Shown here: positions 38,259-47,329 of the stretch, piece by piece
How the letters are laid out: each line of letters opens with the position of its first letter
Position numbering within the stretch: position 1 is the stretch's first letter
Origin: Patescibacteria group bacterium
Lineage (GTDB): Bacteria; Patescibacteriota; Microgenomatia; UM-FILTER-40-11
DNA length: 64,000 bases
Reading direction: 5' to 3'
Assembly (NCBI GenBank): GCA_035530075.1
Contig: DATKVM010000005.1
Coordinates: forward strand, 87,861 to 151,860
Position numbers and translations under genes: made by a program
The notes under the pieces: model-generated
What the model was told of the DNA's origin: nothing
The model's database searches: none
The model's input: only the letters and a program-made list of their open reading frames with translations

Positions 38259-39323
38259 CTACCAAGTTTGGACAAATTCTTTTAAATTTTCTTCGCCAAC
38301 CACGATCTTCCCTCTTTGGCCTTCGACAATCATTTTAGCCGCCTTCCGGCAAATGGCGGCAATATTGCGCTCCAGCGTTCTGACCCCGGCATCAAATCCC
38401 AAAGGCCGGACAATTTTCGGCCAAACTACCGAGGCAATCTCCAAATCATTAACCGAAAGTCCCATTGACTTCATTGTCCTCGGCAAAATGTAGCGCTGGC
38501 CAATAGTCGTCTTTTCCTCATCATTATACGAAGGCATTTGCATCGGCTCAAGCCGGTCTAAAACGGCCGTGGAAATATTGGTGGTATTGTTGGCGGTCGC
38601 AATAAAGAGAACCTCGCTTAAGTCAAACGGATAGTCAAGATAATTATCGGCGAAGCGTTCATTTTGCTCCGGATCCAGTAACTCCACTAAGACACCCATA
38701 ATGGTTGCTCGTGATTCTTCAACTACCCGGTCGACCTCATCCAGTAAGATAACCGGGTTTTTTGAACTGGCTGACTTTAGAGCCTTAATGACTTGCCCAG
38801 GCTCTGAATCGGGAAACATCCGTGATTGGCCCCTTAAAAAACCCGGGTCGCCCAAACCTCCGAAAGGAATACGAGCAAATTTTCGGCCTAAACTTTGGGC
38901 AATTGAATAAGCCAAAGTGGTTTTCCCCGTCCCGACCAAGCCGACAAAACAAAGAATCGGGGCGCGGACTTTTTCCTTACCGCCTCTGTCCTTTTGCAAT
39001 TTTAAAACCGCTAGGTACTCCAAAATTCTTTCTTTAATCAGGGCCAAACCATAGTGATTTCCATCCAACACTTTGCGGGCAAAATTAAGGTCTAAAATGT
39101 CTTCCGTCTTTTTATTCCAAGGCAAATTGCTTACCCAATCCACATATCGGCTCACTTCTTCCAGACTCCGGGAATAGTTTTCGTAGCGAAAGGCTCGCTT
39201 CAGCCTTTCAATGGAGGCAACGACATTCTCTCGCAAATCCGGGGGTAAATCGACCGCCGCAATTTTTTCTTCCAGCTTTTTGATTTCTAAGGAAAAATCA
39301 TCCGTGGAGTTCTGATTCATCAT
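38259..39323 (-). CDS. Lon-like AAA+ ATPase module without LON N-domain or S16 protease domain
   Basis: ...ILCFVGLVGTGKTTLAYSIAQSLGRKFARIPFGGLGDPGFLRGQSRMF...VILLDEVD...VLFIATANN...LDRLEPMQMPSY parallels the Lon AAA+ core; the ORF ends right after the alpha-helical lid. Confidence 0.7.
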   Translation of the reverse strand: MMNQNSTDDFSLEIKKLEEKIAAVDLPPDLRENVVASIERLKRAFRYENYSRSLEEVSRYVDWVSNLPWNKKTEDILDLNFARKVLDGNHYGLALIKERILEYLAVLKLQKDRGGKEKVRAPILCFVGLVGTGKTTLAYSIAQSLGRKFARIPFGGLGDPGFLRGQSRMFPDSEPGQVIKALKSASSKNPVILLDEVDRVVEESRATIMGVLVELLDPEQNERFADNYLDYPFDLSEVLFIATANNTTNISTAVLDRLEPMQMPSYNDEEKTTIGQRYILPRTMKSMGLSVNDLEIASVVWPKIVRPLGFDAGVRTLERNIAAICRKAAKMIVEGQRGKIVVGEENLKEFVQTW

Positions 39324-39367
39324 GCAACCCCTGTCCTAATCAATGATACCACAAGGAAGGAGAAAAA

Positions 39368-41575
39368 TTAGCGGCGAAAACGGGAACGGTCACCGCCTGA
39401 GCCCCGACTACCAAAGCCAAACGAGCTATTTCTGAAAGACGGCTGCTTAGGCGCAAATTCTCTTCTGGGCCGTCTATCTTCCTCAATTTTCTTTTCCCCG
39501 TCTAAAAGCATTGTTAAGTTAATCCGACCCCTCTCGTCAATTTCGGTTACTTTAACCTTAACTTTCTGACCTAAAGAAACCACTTCGTTGGGGTCTTTAA
39601 CAAAGCCTGCTCCCATCCGGGAAACATGAACTAACCCCTCCTTGCCGGGCAATATCTCGACAAACGCGCCAAATGGTTGAATTCGCTTCACTTCTCCTTC
39701 ATAGATTTGGCCGACTTCTGCCTCTTGAGTTAAGCCTTCAATTTTTTGAATGGCTGAAGCGACGGAGGCGTCGTCCACTCCGGAAATACTCACTGAACCG
39801 TCATCTTGCACTTCAATATTGGTGCCGGTTTCTTCAATCAGCTTCCGAATTATTCGGCCACCCGGCCCAATTACTTCGCCAATTTTATCCTGGTCAATAT
39901 GGACAACCGCTACCCGCGGCGCATATTGAGAAATCTTTTGTCGCGGTTGGGCCAAAACCGCCAGCATCTTCCTTAAAATAAACGCTCGCCCTTCCTTTGC
40001 TTGATCAAGAGTCTTTTCAATTATCTCATCTGTCAAACCAGAGATTTTTACATCCAGTTGAACCGCGGTAATCCCTTTTTCTGTGCCCGTAATTTTAAAA
40101 TCCATATCGCCGTTAAAATCTTCAATGCCAGCAATATCCGTCAAAACCACATAGTCACCCTCCGCCCCCGCTTTTTCACCCGTCACCAATCCCATCGCTA
40201 CTCCGGAAACCGGAGCCGCAACTGGAACCCCGGCATCCATTAAAGATAAGGTCGAGCCGCAAGTTGAGGCCATCGAAGTCGACCCGTTAGAAGAAAGCAC
40301 TTCGGAAACTACCCGGACAGTGTAAGGAAACTTATCTTCTCTCGGAATCACTGGCCCAAGGGCTCTTTCCGCTAAAGCCCCATGACCGATTTCCCGGCGG
40401 GAAAGGCCGCCGATACGACCGACTTCACCCATGGAATAGGGAGGCATCGAATAATGATGAATATAGCGTTTGGATTCTTCCCCCGTCGCACTTTCAATTA
40501 GTTGCTGCAAAGACGGTGCTCCCAGGGTAGTTACGGTTAAGACTTGAGTTAAGCCGCGTTTAAACATTGCGCTGCCGTGAGTTCGCGGTAAAATTCCTAC
40601 CTCAACTTCAATCGGCCTAACTTCTGTCACCGCCCGACCATCGATTCTCTTCCCGACCATAACTTTTTCGCGGAAAATTTTCTTCCAAAAATAATCAAAG
40701 GCCCCAGCCGCTTCTTTTTTCTCCTCACCAGCGTAATCAAGCAAGAAAGTCTCTCGAACGCCTTCCATGCCGCTACCGGCAATCTCTTTCCCTTTTTCCG
40801 CCGCAAAAACTTCATCTAAATGTTTTTTGACAAATTTTTGGGCCGCATTCTTGATATCAGAATTAAGCTCTTTCTTTATAATTTTTACTTTGGGCCTGCC
40901 AACAGCTTTTTGGAGCTCTTCGATTAAAGCAATTATCTTTTGGGCCTCGCTTTTGGCAAATTTAACCGTTTCCAGCAACTGGTTTTCCGGAATTTCATTG
41001 GCCTCACCCTCAATCATCACTACCCGTTCCTTGGTCGCCGCAATTACCATATCCAAGTCGGAAAACTGTTGTTCCGTCTCAGTCGGATTAGTAAAGGCAA
41101 CATTCTCTTTAAGACCCGCCGCCACCGCCCCAATCGGGCCATTCCAAGGAATCTCGGAAATCGCCAAAGCGGCAGAAGTGGCAATAATCGAAAGCACATC
41201 CGGATCATTCTCCAGATCGACGGATAAAACCGTAATCGTTACTTGAACCTCTTCGTTATAATCTTTAGGAAAAAGCGGCCTAATCGAGCGGTCGACTAAA
41301 CGACCAGCCAATATCGCCTCGTCTGAAGGCCGGCCTTCCCGCTTCACCCAGCGGGACCCCTTAATCCGGCCGCCAGCATAAAGCCGCTCGACATATTCAA
41401 CGCTCAGAGGGAAATAACCCAAATCCTCTTTCGGAGTCGCCCGAACCACACTAGCCAAGACCATCGTTTCTCCATATTGGGCGAGAACCGAGGCGCTGGT
41501 TTGCGGAGCAAAGCGGCCTACTTCTAGGCGCAATTTTCGGCCGCCAATTTCACTCTCTTTGGAAACAATATTCAT
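39368..41575 (-). CDS. pnp: Polyribonucleotide nucleotidyltransferase (PNPase) with KH/S1 and an RGG-rich tail
   Basis: 735 aa; two RNase PH domains, KH and S1 at the C-terminus, ...GSRGSGGDRSRFRR. Confidence 0.95.
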   Translation of the reverse strand: MNIVSKESEIGGRKLRLEVGRFAPQTSASVLAQYGETMVLASVVRATPKEDLGYFPLSVEYVERLYAGGRIKGSRWVKREGRPSDEAILAGRLVDRSIRPLFPKDYNEEVQVTITVLSVDLENDPDVLSIIATSAALAISEIPWNGPIGAVAAGLKENVAFTNPTETEQQFSDLDMVIAATKERVVMIEGEANEIPENQLLETVKFAKSEAQKIIALIEELQKAVGRPKVKIIKKELNSDIKNAAQKFVKKHLDEVFAAEKGKEIAGSGMEGVRETFLLDYAGEEKKEAAGAFDYFWKKIFREKVMVGKRIDGRAVTEVRPIEVEVGILPRTHGSAMFKRGLTQVLTVTTLGAPSLQQLIESATGEESKRYIHHYSMPPYSMGEVGRIGGLSRREIGHGALAERALGPVIPREDKFPYTVRVVSEVLSSNGSTSMASTCGSTLSLMDAGVPVAAPVSGVAMGLVTGEKAGAEGDYVVLTDIAGIEDFNGDMDFKITGTEKGITAVQLDVKISGLTDEIIEKTLDQAKEGRAFILRKMLAVLAQPRQKISQYAPRVAVVHIDQDKIGEVIGPGGRIIRKLIEETGTNIEVQDDGSVSISGVDDASVASAIQKIEGLTQEAEVGQIYEGEVKRIQPFGAFVEILPGKEGLVHVSRMGAGFVKDPNEVVSLGQKVKVKVTEIDERGRINLTMLLDGEKKIEEDRRPRREFAPKQPSFRNSSFGFGSRGSGGDRSRFRR

Positions 41576-41600
41576 TTTTTATCTAAAATTACGAGGAACC

Positions 41601-41870
41601 TTATTTGGAAAGTCCTAAATCTTTCACGACCCGGCGGTATCGCTCTTCGTCCTTTTTCAAAAGATAATTCAGCAATCTTCTTCTTTTAGAGACCATAGAG
41701 AGTAGCCCCCGACGAGAATGGACATCCTTCTTATTAATCTTCAAGTGAGAGGTTAACCGATCAACTTTCCCCGACAATAAAGCAATCTGCACTTCCGGAG
41801 AACCGGTATCATCCTTAGCGGTGGCATATTTCTCAATGATTTTTTTCTTTTCTGTTGTATCTAAAGCCAT
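41601..41870 (-). CDS. rpsO: 30S ribosomal protein S15
   Basis: [44 protein letters not shown]... Confidence 0.95.
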   Translation of the reverse strand: MALDTTEKKKIIEKYATAKDDTGSPEVQIALLSGKVDRLTSHLKINKKDVHSRRGLLSMVSKRRRLLNYLLKKDEERYRRVVKDLGLSK

Positions 41871-41906
41871 TTAAATTTAAAGTTAAAAATTAATCTTTCT
41901 TTGCTT

Positions 41907-41935
41907 ATTATATTAAATTTCTTGCTCTACCGCAA
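41907..41935 (-). promoter_or_regulatory. Sigma70-like promoter for rpsO-pnp (-35 TTGCGG, 17 nt, -10 TATAAT on the minus strand)
   Basis: Reverse complement of 41930-41935 is TTGCGG and of 41907-41912 is TATAAT; preceded by two small hairpins that may terminate the upstream gene. Confidence 0.4.
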
Positions 41936-41946
41936 GAAGGAAAGCT

Positions 41947-42870
41947 TTACGAAGTAAAGTTCGTCCCTTTAAAAATTTTCGGTTCGAACCAATCAGCCGG
42001 TGGTTTGCTTGGAGGTTGAGGTTTTTCTTCGCTTGCCTTCTTTTCTTCCTGGGGCTTAACAAAAGTGGGGGTAGCCGGCGCTCCCTCCCGCCCCTCAGAT
42101 TTTGCCTTGGGAGTAAAAATCGCTTCCCTTTTAAACGGGGCCGTTTCTTCAAGAGGTTTTTGAGCCCCACTTCTCAAGGCAATCGCCACCGCCTCGTAAG
42201 TGTTCGCTCCTGTTTGGGGTGCCGTTAATCCTCTCGTTCGCCGCCATATTCCCGAAAGCACATTCTGAGCAATATCCACGCTTACCTTTAAACCCAACCC
42301 GACAACTAATCCCAAAGCCACTTCTGACAAAGCCGCCGCTTCTAAATCCACAATATTCAAATGCCCGAAACCAACATTTTGAGGGTCGGCGTCAATATTA
42401 ACTAAAAAACTGTCATTTAAGTTAAAACCCAACGACTGAAGCTGATTTAAGTCCTTAATTCCCAAAGTCATTATTAAGTCTGCTCCCGCTCCCGCGTAAG
42501 CAAAGCCTACTTGATTTCCCTTCAGGGCAGGAGCGCCCACTTTCGGCTGAATGATCACATTTGGACGGTTGTTATCGTCATTGTAGCTCACCTTTTCCAC
42601 CTGGTCGGCCGGATAATTCAAAGAGATAATTAAATCTGTCCCTTGAGCTTCTCCCGCAATCCGATTGACACCAACTAAATGGTTAAATTCCACCGTCATC
42701 GCTGTTGAACAAACTACCGAAACGTTTTTGGCCATTTCTTCCAAGGCCAAAGAAAGCGACAGCCCCGCCGCCACTTGGTCAAAAGAAGGCTTGGCCGGAA
42801 GTAAAATCAAAATCTTTTGGGCCTGATCAAGTCTTTGTCTTAATTCGGGGAAAGGGTAGTCTTGGTTCAT
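41947..42870 (-). CDS. DHH-family-like protein (degenerate; canonical DHH residues not obvious) with a Pro/Lys-rich C-terminal tail
   Basis: N-terminus KILILLPAKPSFDQVAAGLSL resembles the NrnA/DHH start; sits in the infB-...-rpsO operon position where a DHH protein occurs in some bacteria. Confidence 0.45.
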   Translation of the reverse strand: MNQDYPFPELRQRLDQAQKILILLPAKPSFDQVAAGLSLSLALEEMAKNVSVVCSTAMTVEFNHLVGVNRIAGEAQGTDLIISLNYPADQVEKVSYNDDNNRPNVIIQPKVGAPALKGNQVGFAYAGAGADLIMTLGIKDLNQLQSLGFNLNDSFLVNIDADPQNVGFGHLNIVDLEAAALSEVALGLVVGLGLKVSVDIAQNVLSGIWRRTRGLTAPQTGANTYEAVAIALRSGAQKPLEETAPFKREAIFTPKAKSEGREGAPATPTFVKPQEEKKASEEKPQPPSKPPADWFEPKIFKGTNFTS

Positions 42871-42892
42871 CTTTTTTCTATGTTAGCCCTTA

Positions 42893-44320
42893 TTATTTTT
42901 CCTCTAGGCTGTAAGATAATATCATATCCCCTTCTTTAAAATCAACTTTGCCGGCAAAGACAATACCAAATTCTGTGCCCACCACTGCCTCATTAATGTC
43001 TTGCTTTTCCTGCTTTAACGAGGTAACTTTAGTTTCGGCAATAATTTGGTTATCTCTCTGCACCACAATCGGCCGATTGCGATTGATTTTCCCTTCTAAA
43101 ACCCGGGCACCCGCAATTTTTTCGCCTCGGATATCAAAAGCGGCAATAATCTCCGCTTTGCCTAGTATTTTACGATCAATTGTCGGCTCCAATATCTTTA
43201 AAATTCTTTTCTCTAGGTCTCCTAAAAGATCATAAATGATTCTAAAACTCTTCACTTTTACTCCTTCGGTTTCCGCCAATTTAGCCACTGTTCCCCGGAG
43301 AGGCAAATTAAAAGTATAGATTCCCACTCCAAAGGTTTTAGCCAGCAGAACATCTGATTCCGTTACCTCCCCAACCCCGGCTTCGGCCACCTGAACTTCA
43401 TCTGGTAAACAATTTAAAATTGCTTCCAAAGAACCGGCCACATCGGCTTTAAGAATAATGCTTAATTTTCCCTCTGGTTTCGGCGCTAAAGCCGGCCTTT
43501 GACTAACAGCGGCTGCCTCCCCCTCCGGGGGTATTTCACCCAAGCGCCGAACTACGGCTCCCACCGCCGGCAAAGAAGTGAAACCTAGAATCTGCGCCGG
43601 GTCAGCCGGTTTAGCGTCGCTAACTGCCCGACCCCACTCATCTTTTAAAAGCTTCACTTTAGCCGTCACCCCATCCGCCGTTAGCCGGTCACCTTTCTTC
43701 AGCGTGCCGTTCTTAATCACCACGGTTCCCACTGGTCCGCAGAATTTATCGGCTTTAGCCTCAATAACTTCCGCTTCTAGAGTTCCGGCCGGGTCAGCTT
43801 TTAGCTCTTCCATTTCCGCTGTCAGCAAAATCATTTCCAAAAGCTGGTCTACTCCTTGACCGGTTTTAGCCGAAAGGGGAACGGCCACGACATTACCACC
43901 ATAGCCTTCCACTAAAACTCCATTCTCCGCCAGCTGGGTTTTAACTTTGTCAATTGATGCTCCCGGCAAGTCAATTTTGTTTAACGCAATAATCACGGGA
44001 ACATTGGCCTCCTTAATAATCTTAATTGACTCCAGGGTCTGAGGCATCACTCCATCGTTGACCGCGATAACCAAAACCACGATGTCAGCTACCTTTGCTC
44101 CTCGACTGCGCATTTCGGAAAAGGCAGCGTGACCTGGGGTATCGATAAAAGTGATTTTTTTGCCCTTAAACTCAATCTGGTAAGCGCCAATCGCCTGGGT
44201 AATTTCCCCAATCTCTTTGGCGGCCAGTTTAGTTTTGCGGATATAATCCAAAAGCGTCGTTTTGCCGTGGTCAACATGGCCTAAGATAGTCACGACTGGT
44301 GGTTTTTCTGGAAGTGCCAT
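42893..44320 (-). CDS. infB: Translation initiation factor IF-2 (short form, G domain onward)
   Basis: PVVTILGHVDHGKTTLLD...DTPGHAAF...NKID GTPase motifs; 475 aa. Confidence 0.93.
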   Translation of the reverse strand: MALPEKPPVVTILGHVDHGKTTLLDYIRKTKLAAKEIGEITQAIGAYQIEFKGKKITFIDTPGHAAFSEMRSRGAKVADIVVLVIAVNDGVMPQTLESIKIIKEANVPVIIALNKIDLPGASIDKVKTQLAENGVLVEGYGGNVVAVPLSAKTGQGVDQLLEMILLTAEMEELKADPAGTLEAEVIEAKADKFCGPVGTVVIKNGTLKKGDRLTADGVTAKVKLLKDEWGRAVSDAKPADPAQILGFTSLPAVGAVVRRLGEIPPEGEAAAVSQRPALAPKPEGKLSIILKADVAGSLEAILNCLPDEVQVAEAGVGEVTESDVLLAKTFGVGIYTFNLPLRGTVAKLAETEGVKVKSFRIIYDLLGDLEKRILKILEPTIDRKILGKAEIIAAFDIRGEKIAGARVLEGKINRNRPIVVQRDNQIIAETKVTSLKQEKQDINEAVVGTEFGIVFAGKVDFKEGDMILSYSLEEK

Positions 44321-44405
44321 ATCTTCCCTCCTTGGTTTGCCGTAGTTTTAACGAAGGCAACCTTAAACTGCCCATATCTACCAGCTGCCAAGAAGGCAAC
44401 TAATT

Positions 44406-45512
44406 TTATTTTGGCTCGGCTGGCTTTTCTTCTTTTTTCTTTCTTTTCGCCTTAACCGGCTTTCTCGCCGGTTTCTGACTCGCTTTTTCTTTCTCTTCTT
44501 CGGCTTTCTCGCCGGTTTCTTCGACCGTCGCTTTCTCTTCCGGTTTCATTCCCTTGCCTTGAATATCAATTTTAAAACCGGTCAATTTCATTGCTAAACG
44601 GACATTCTGGCCACCTTTCCCAATCGCCAAAGACAACTGGTCTTCCGGGGCTAAAACCAACGCCGTCTTTCTTCCCTCATCCACTTTAATTTCTAAATTC
44701 TCTGCCGGCGCTAACGCGGCCGAGATAAATTTCTGCAGGTCCTCGCTAAACTGAATAATATCGATTTTTTCGCCGTTAAGTTCATTGATAACCGCTTGAA
44801 CCCGGACGCCTTTTTGGCCGACACAAGAGCCAACGGGGTCAACTCCCACCTGCTGGGAAGAAACAGCCATTTTGGTCCGCGAGCCAGCTTCACGAGCAAT
44901 GACCGCAATTTCCACTGCCCTGGAAGCGACTTCTGGTACTTCGCGCCGGAAAAGGCCAATTACCAAACCTTCATGGGCCCGAGAAACAATAATTTGCCGT
45001 CCTTTCATCGTTTCCCGAATCCCCTCAAGGTAAAAAACCATCCGCAGATTGAGTCGATAAGAATCGCCTTTACTCTGTTCTGACGGTGGCATCAAGGCCT
45101 CGCCTTTGCCTAAATCAACCAGGATATTATCGCCCTCAAAGCGTAAAATCATCCCATTGACCAGAGTACCAATTCTTTTTTCGTATTCTTCCAAGATGGA
45201 GTTTTTCTCCGCTTCGCGGATTTTCTGGACAATGATATTACGGGCTTGCTGAGCGGCAATCCGGCCAAAACCGGCCGGCGTAATTTCTTCTCTCTTCTCC
45301 GCGTGTTCTACCGGCCAAGCAAAAAGGTGCGATTCCCCCGTTTGAGGATCAACTTCCACTTCATATTCATAATCATCCTGGGTCCCATAATCCTTCTTAT
45401 AAGCGGTTAAAATCGCCAGTTTAATTGACTCCAAAACTTGAGAAACATCAATTCCTCGCTCAGCCGCAACTTGAGCTAAAGCGGCCGCAAATTCAGTTCT
45501 TGGTATATTCAT
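44406..45512 (-). CDS. nusA: Transcription termination/antitermination factor NusA with a Lys-rich tail
   Basis: N-terminal domain, S1 and two KH domains recognisable; 368 aa. Confidence 0.93.
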   Translation of the reverse strand: MNIPRTEFAAALAQVAAERGIDVSQVLESIKLAILTAYKKDYGTQDDYEYEVEVDPQTGESHLFAWPVEHAEKREEITPAGFGRIAAQQARNIIVQKIREAEKNSILEEYEKRIGTLVNGMILRFEGDNILVDLGKGEALMPPSEQSKGDSYRLNLRMVFYLEGIRETMKGRQIIVSRAHEGLVIGLFRREVPEVASRAVEIAVIAREAGSRTKMAVSSQQVGVDPVGSCVGQKGVRVQAVINELNGEKIDIIQFSEDLQKFISAALAPAENLEIKVDEGRKTALVLAPEDQLSLAIGKGGQNVRLAMKLTGFKIDIQGKGMKPEEKATVEETGEKAEEEKEKASQKPARKPVKAKRKKKEEKPAEPK

Positions 45513-45533
45513 ATTTTTAATAAAAACTTAATT

Positions 45534-45556
45534 AAAAAGGCGAGTTTCCTCGCCCC
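45534..45556 (-). terminator. Hairpin GGCGAG-gaaa-CTCGCC plus UUUUU on the minus strand, 22 nt upstream of the nusA ATG (terminator or attenuator)
   Basis: Perfect 6-bp GC-rich stem at 45539-45544/45549-45554 followed by a T5 run on the minus strand. Confidence 0.4.
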
Positions 45557-45682
45557 TATTTCTTTTCAAAGCTAGTAAACTCTATTAACTCACCACTGGA
45601 CTTATTCTACCACTAAAAAACCAAATGGTCAACCAAGGCCGGCCCTAGTTTTTACTCCTCAAACCCCTCCAGGATTTCTCTC

Positions 45683-46276
45683 TTAGAAAGAATCATATCC
45701 TGCTTTCCAAGGAATTTTACCTTTTTGGTATTGTTTTTTTAACTCTTTTTTAACAATAACCAAAACTTCCCTTAGCTCGGGCACTTTCTTAACCTGGATA
45801 TCGGCATAACCAGCGATAAAATCAGTCGCCTCATGAAAAATCTTATAACCGGTTTCCGCAAATTGAGTCAATGTTTCCAGTTTGTCCAAGGCTTTAATAT
45901 ATTTTGCCTCGGCCGTTTCTTGCTGTTCATATTCTTCCCCTAAAGAATAAACTTCATTTCCGCGCTCTTTCGGCAATAATCGCTGAAGCTTCTTCATTCC
46001 CATCTTTTCCGCTTTTTCTTTATCCCTTTTTGAGATTTTACCCTGAGCAACATCATAGGAATCAAAATCGCCCACTACCGCCTCCGCCAAATCATGGACC
46101 AAGGCCATTTTTACCGCCTTAAGGTAATCAATCTTAAGATTCAATTCCTCCGCAATTAAGAAGGCCATTAGAGAAAGCCGCCAGCTATGCTCAGCCGAAG
46201 ATTCCTTTCTCTCACTGGTAGTTGTGTTGTATCTTAAGGGTCGACTTGAGCTTCTCGATTTGATGGAGGAAGTCAA
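45683..46276 (-). CDS. HD-domain 5'-deoxynucleotidase-like (YfbR-like)
   Basis: ...SAEHSWRLSLMAFLIAEEL...ALVHDLAEAVVGD... HD motif. Confidence 0.7.
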   Translation of the reverse strand: MTSSIKSRSSSRPLRYNTTTSERKESSAEHSWRLSLMAFLIAEELNLKIDYLKAVKMALVHDLAEAVVGDFDSYDVAQGKISKRDKEKAEKMGMKKLQRLLPKERGNEVYSLGEEYEQQETAEAKYIKALDKLETLTQFAETGYKIFHEATDFIAGYADIQVKKVPELREVLVIVKKELKKQYQKGKIPWKAGYDSF

Positions 46277-46297
46277 AAATCTTGGAAAGATTGCTTT

Positions 46298-47185
46298 TCA
46301 TTCTTCCTCGAACTCCTGCAAAATTTCTTTTTGGCGACGGGATAAGTGGGAAGGAACCGTTACTTGCAAGCGGACATATTCATCGCCGACGCCACCTCCA
46401 CGAGGATTCTTAATGCCTTTGCCGCGCAGCCGGACCATGGTTCCCGGTTGCGTCCCGGGCCGGACGCGCAAGCTAACTTCTCCATCAATGGTCGGCACTT
46501 CCACAACTGCCCCTAAAGCCGCCTGGGAAAAGCTAATTTCTTCCTCCGTGTAAACATCCAATCCCTCCCGGCGGAAAATTTTATCCGGCAAAACCTCAAC
46601 CGTCACATAAAAGTCCCCGAAATTAACCACCGAGCCGTCATCCACCCCGGCGGGAATTTTCAACTTTCTCTTCTTTCCCTCGACATTGACCGTTTTCTCC
46701 ACTCCCTTAGCCGCTTCCATAAAAGTCAGCGAAATGCCATATCGAGGTTTTCTTGACGCTCGGCCACCAAAAGGGGAAGCGCCCCCAAAAAATTGAGCAA
46801 AAATTTCAAACGGGTCGGAAAAGCCGTCGAAATCAAAACCGATATCCGGTCCTTGGCCACCCCCATAAGTAGTGTAAGTATAAGTAAACGGCCCTTGTCT
46901 GTAAGTTTGCTCTCGGCCGGCAAAAGGCCCCTGCGCCCCGCCAAATCCCGCTCCCGGCTCAAAAGCGGCGTGTCCAAACTGATCATAAGCCGCCCTTTTA
47001 TCTTTATTGAATAAAACTTCGTAAGCTTCGTTTATTTCCTTAAACCGGGCTTCCGCCTCTTTAGATTTATTTTTATCCGGATGCCACTGCAACGCCTGTT
47101 TCCGGTAAGCCGATTTTATCTCCGCTTCGGTGGCATTTTTGGAAATCCCTAAGACCTCGTAATAATCTCTTTTCGTAGCCATCAT
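46298..47185 (-). CDS. dnaJ: DnaJ-family co-chaperone, type II/CbpA-like (J domain + G/F region + C-terminal domains, no CxxCxGxG zinc finger)
   Basis: YYEVLGISKNATEAEIKSAYRKQALQWHPDKN J-domain with HPD. Confidence 0.85.
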   Translation of the reverse strand: MMATKRDYYEVLGISKNATEAEIKSAYRKQALQWHPDKNKSKEAEARFKEINEAYEVLFNKDKRAAYDQFGHAAFEPGAGFGGAQGPFAGREQTYRQGPFTYTYTTYGGGQGPDIGFDFDGFSDPFEIFAQFFGGASPFGGRASRKPRYGISLTFMEAAKGVEKTVNVEGKKRKLKIPAGVDDGSVVNFGDFYVTVEVLPDKIFRREGLDVYTEEEISFSQAALGAVVEVPTIDGEVSLRVRPGTQPGTMVRLRGKGIKNPRGGGVGDEYVRLQVTVPSHLSRRQKEILQEFEEE

Positions 47186-47197
47186 CTAGCACTAAAA

Positions 47198-47217
47198 TGG
47201 CGGGGCCAACCCCACCA
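47198..47217 (-). promoter_or_regulatory. GC hairpin (TGGTGGGG-uugg-CCCCGCCA) plus U-run on the minus strand, 13 nt upstream of the dnaJ start
   Basis: Inverted repeat read directly; possible dnaK-dnaJ intergenic attenuator. Confidence 0.3.
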
Positions 47218-47329
47218 TCTAGTTTAAAATTCAAAGTTAAAAATTAAAAGTTACAATTTAAAGTTAAAAGCTTGAAGACTTTGAACTTTACTCGCCTCGC
47301 TTTGTGGTCGAAGCGGGCACTTTGCACTT

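Noticed and set aside
41965-41995. GGTTCGAACC looked like a tRNA T-loop
   Set aside because: It lies inside the DHH-like CDS, is a simple palindrome, and has no acceptor stem, D-arm or CCA context; no tRNA could be folded in any intergenic region I inspected.
41913-42170. 85-aa minus-strand ORF rich in K/R/L
   Set aside because: It is an alternative frame of the Pro/Lys-rich tail region of the 41947-42870 gene; the longer ORF with operon context was preferred.
47186-47197. Second CIRCE half-site (tctagcact) upstream of dnaJ
   Set aside because: No matching inverted partner at N9 spacing; only a partial resemblance.
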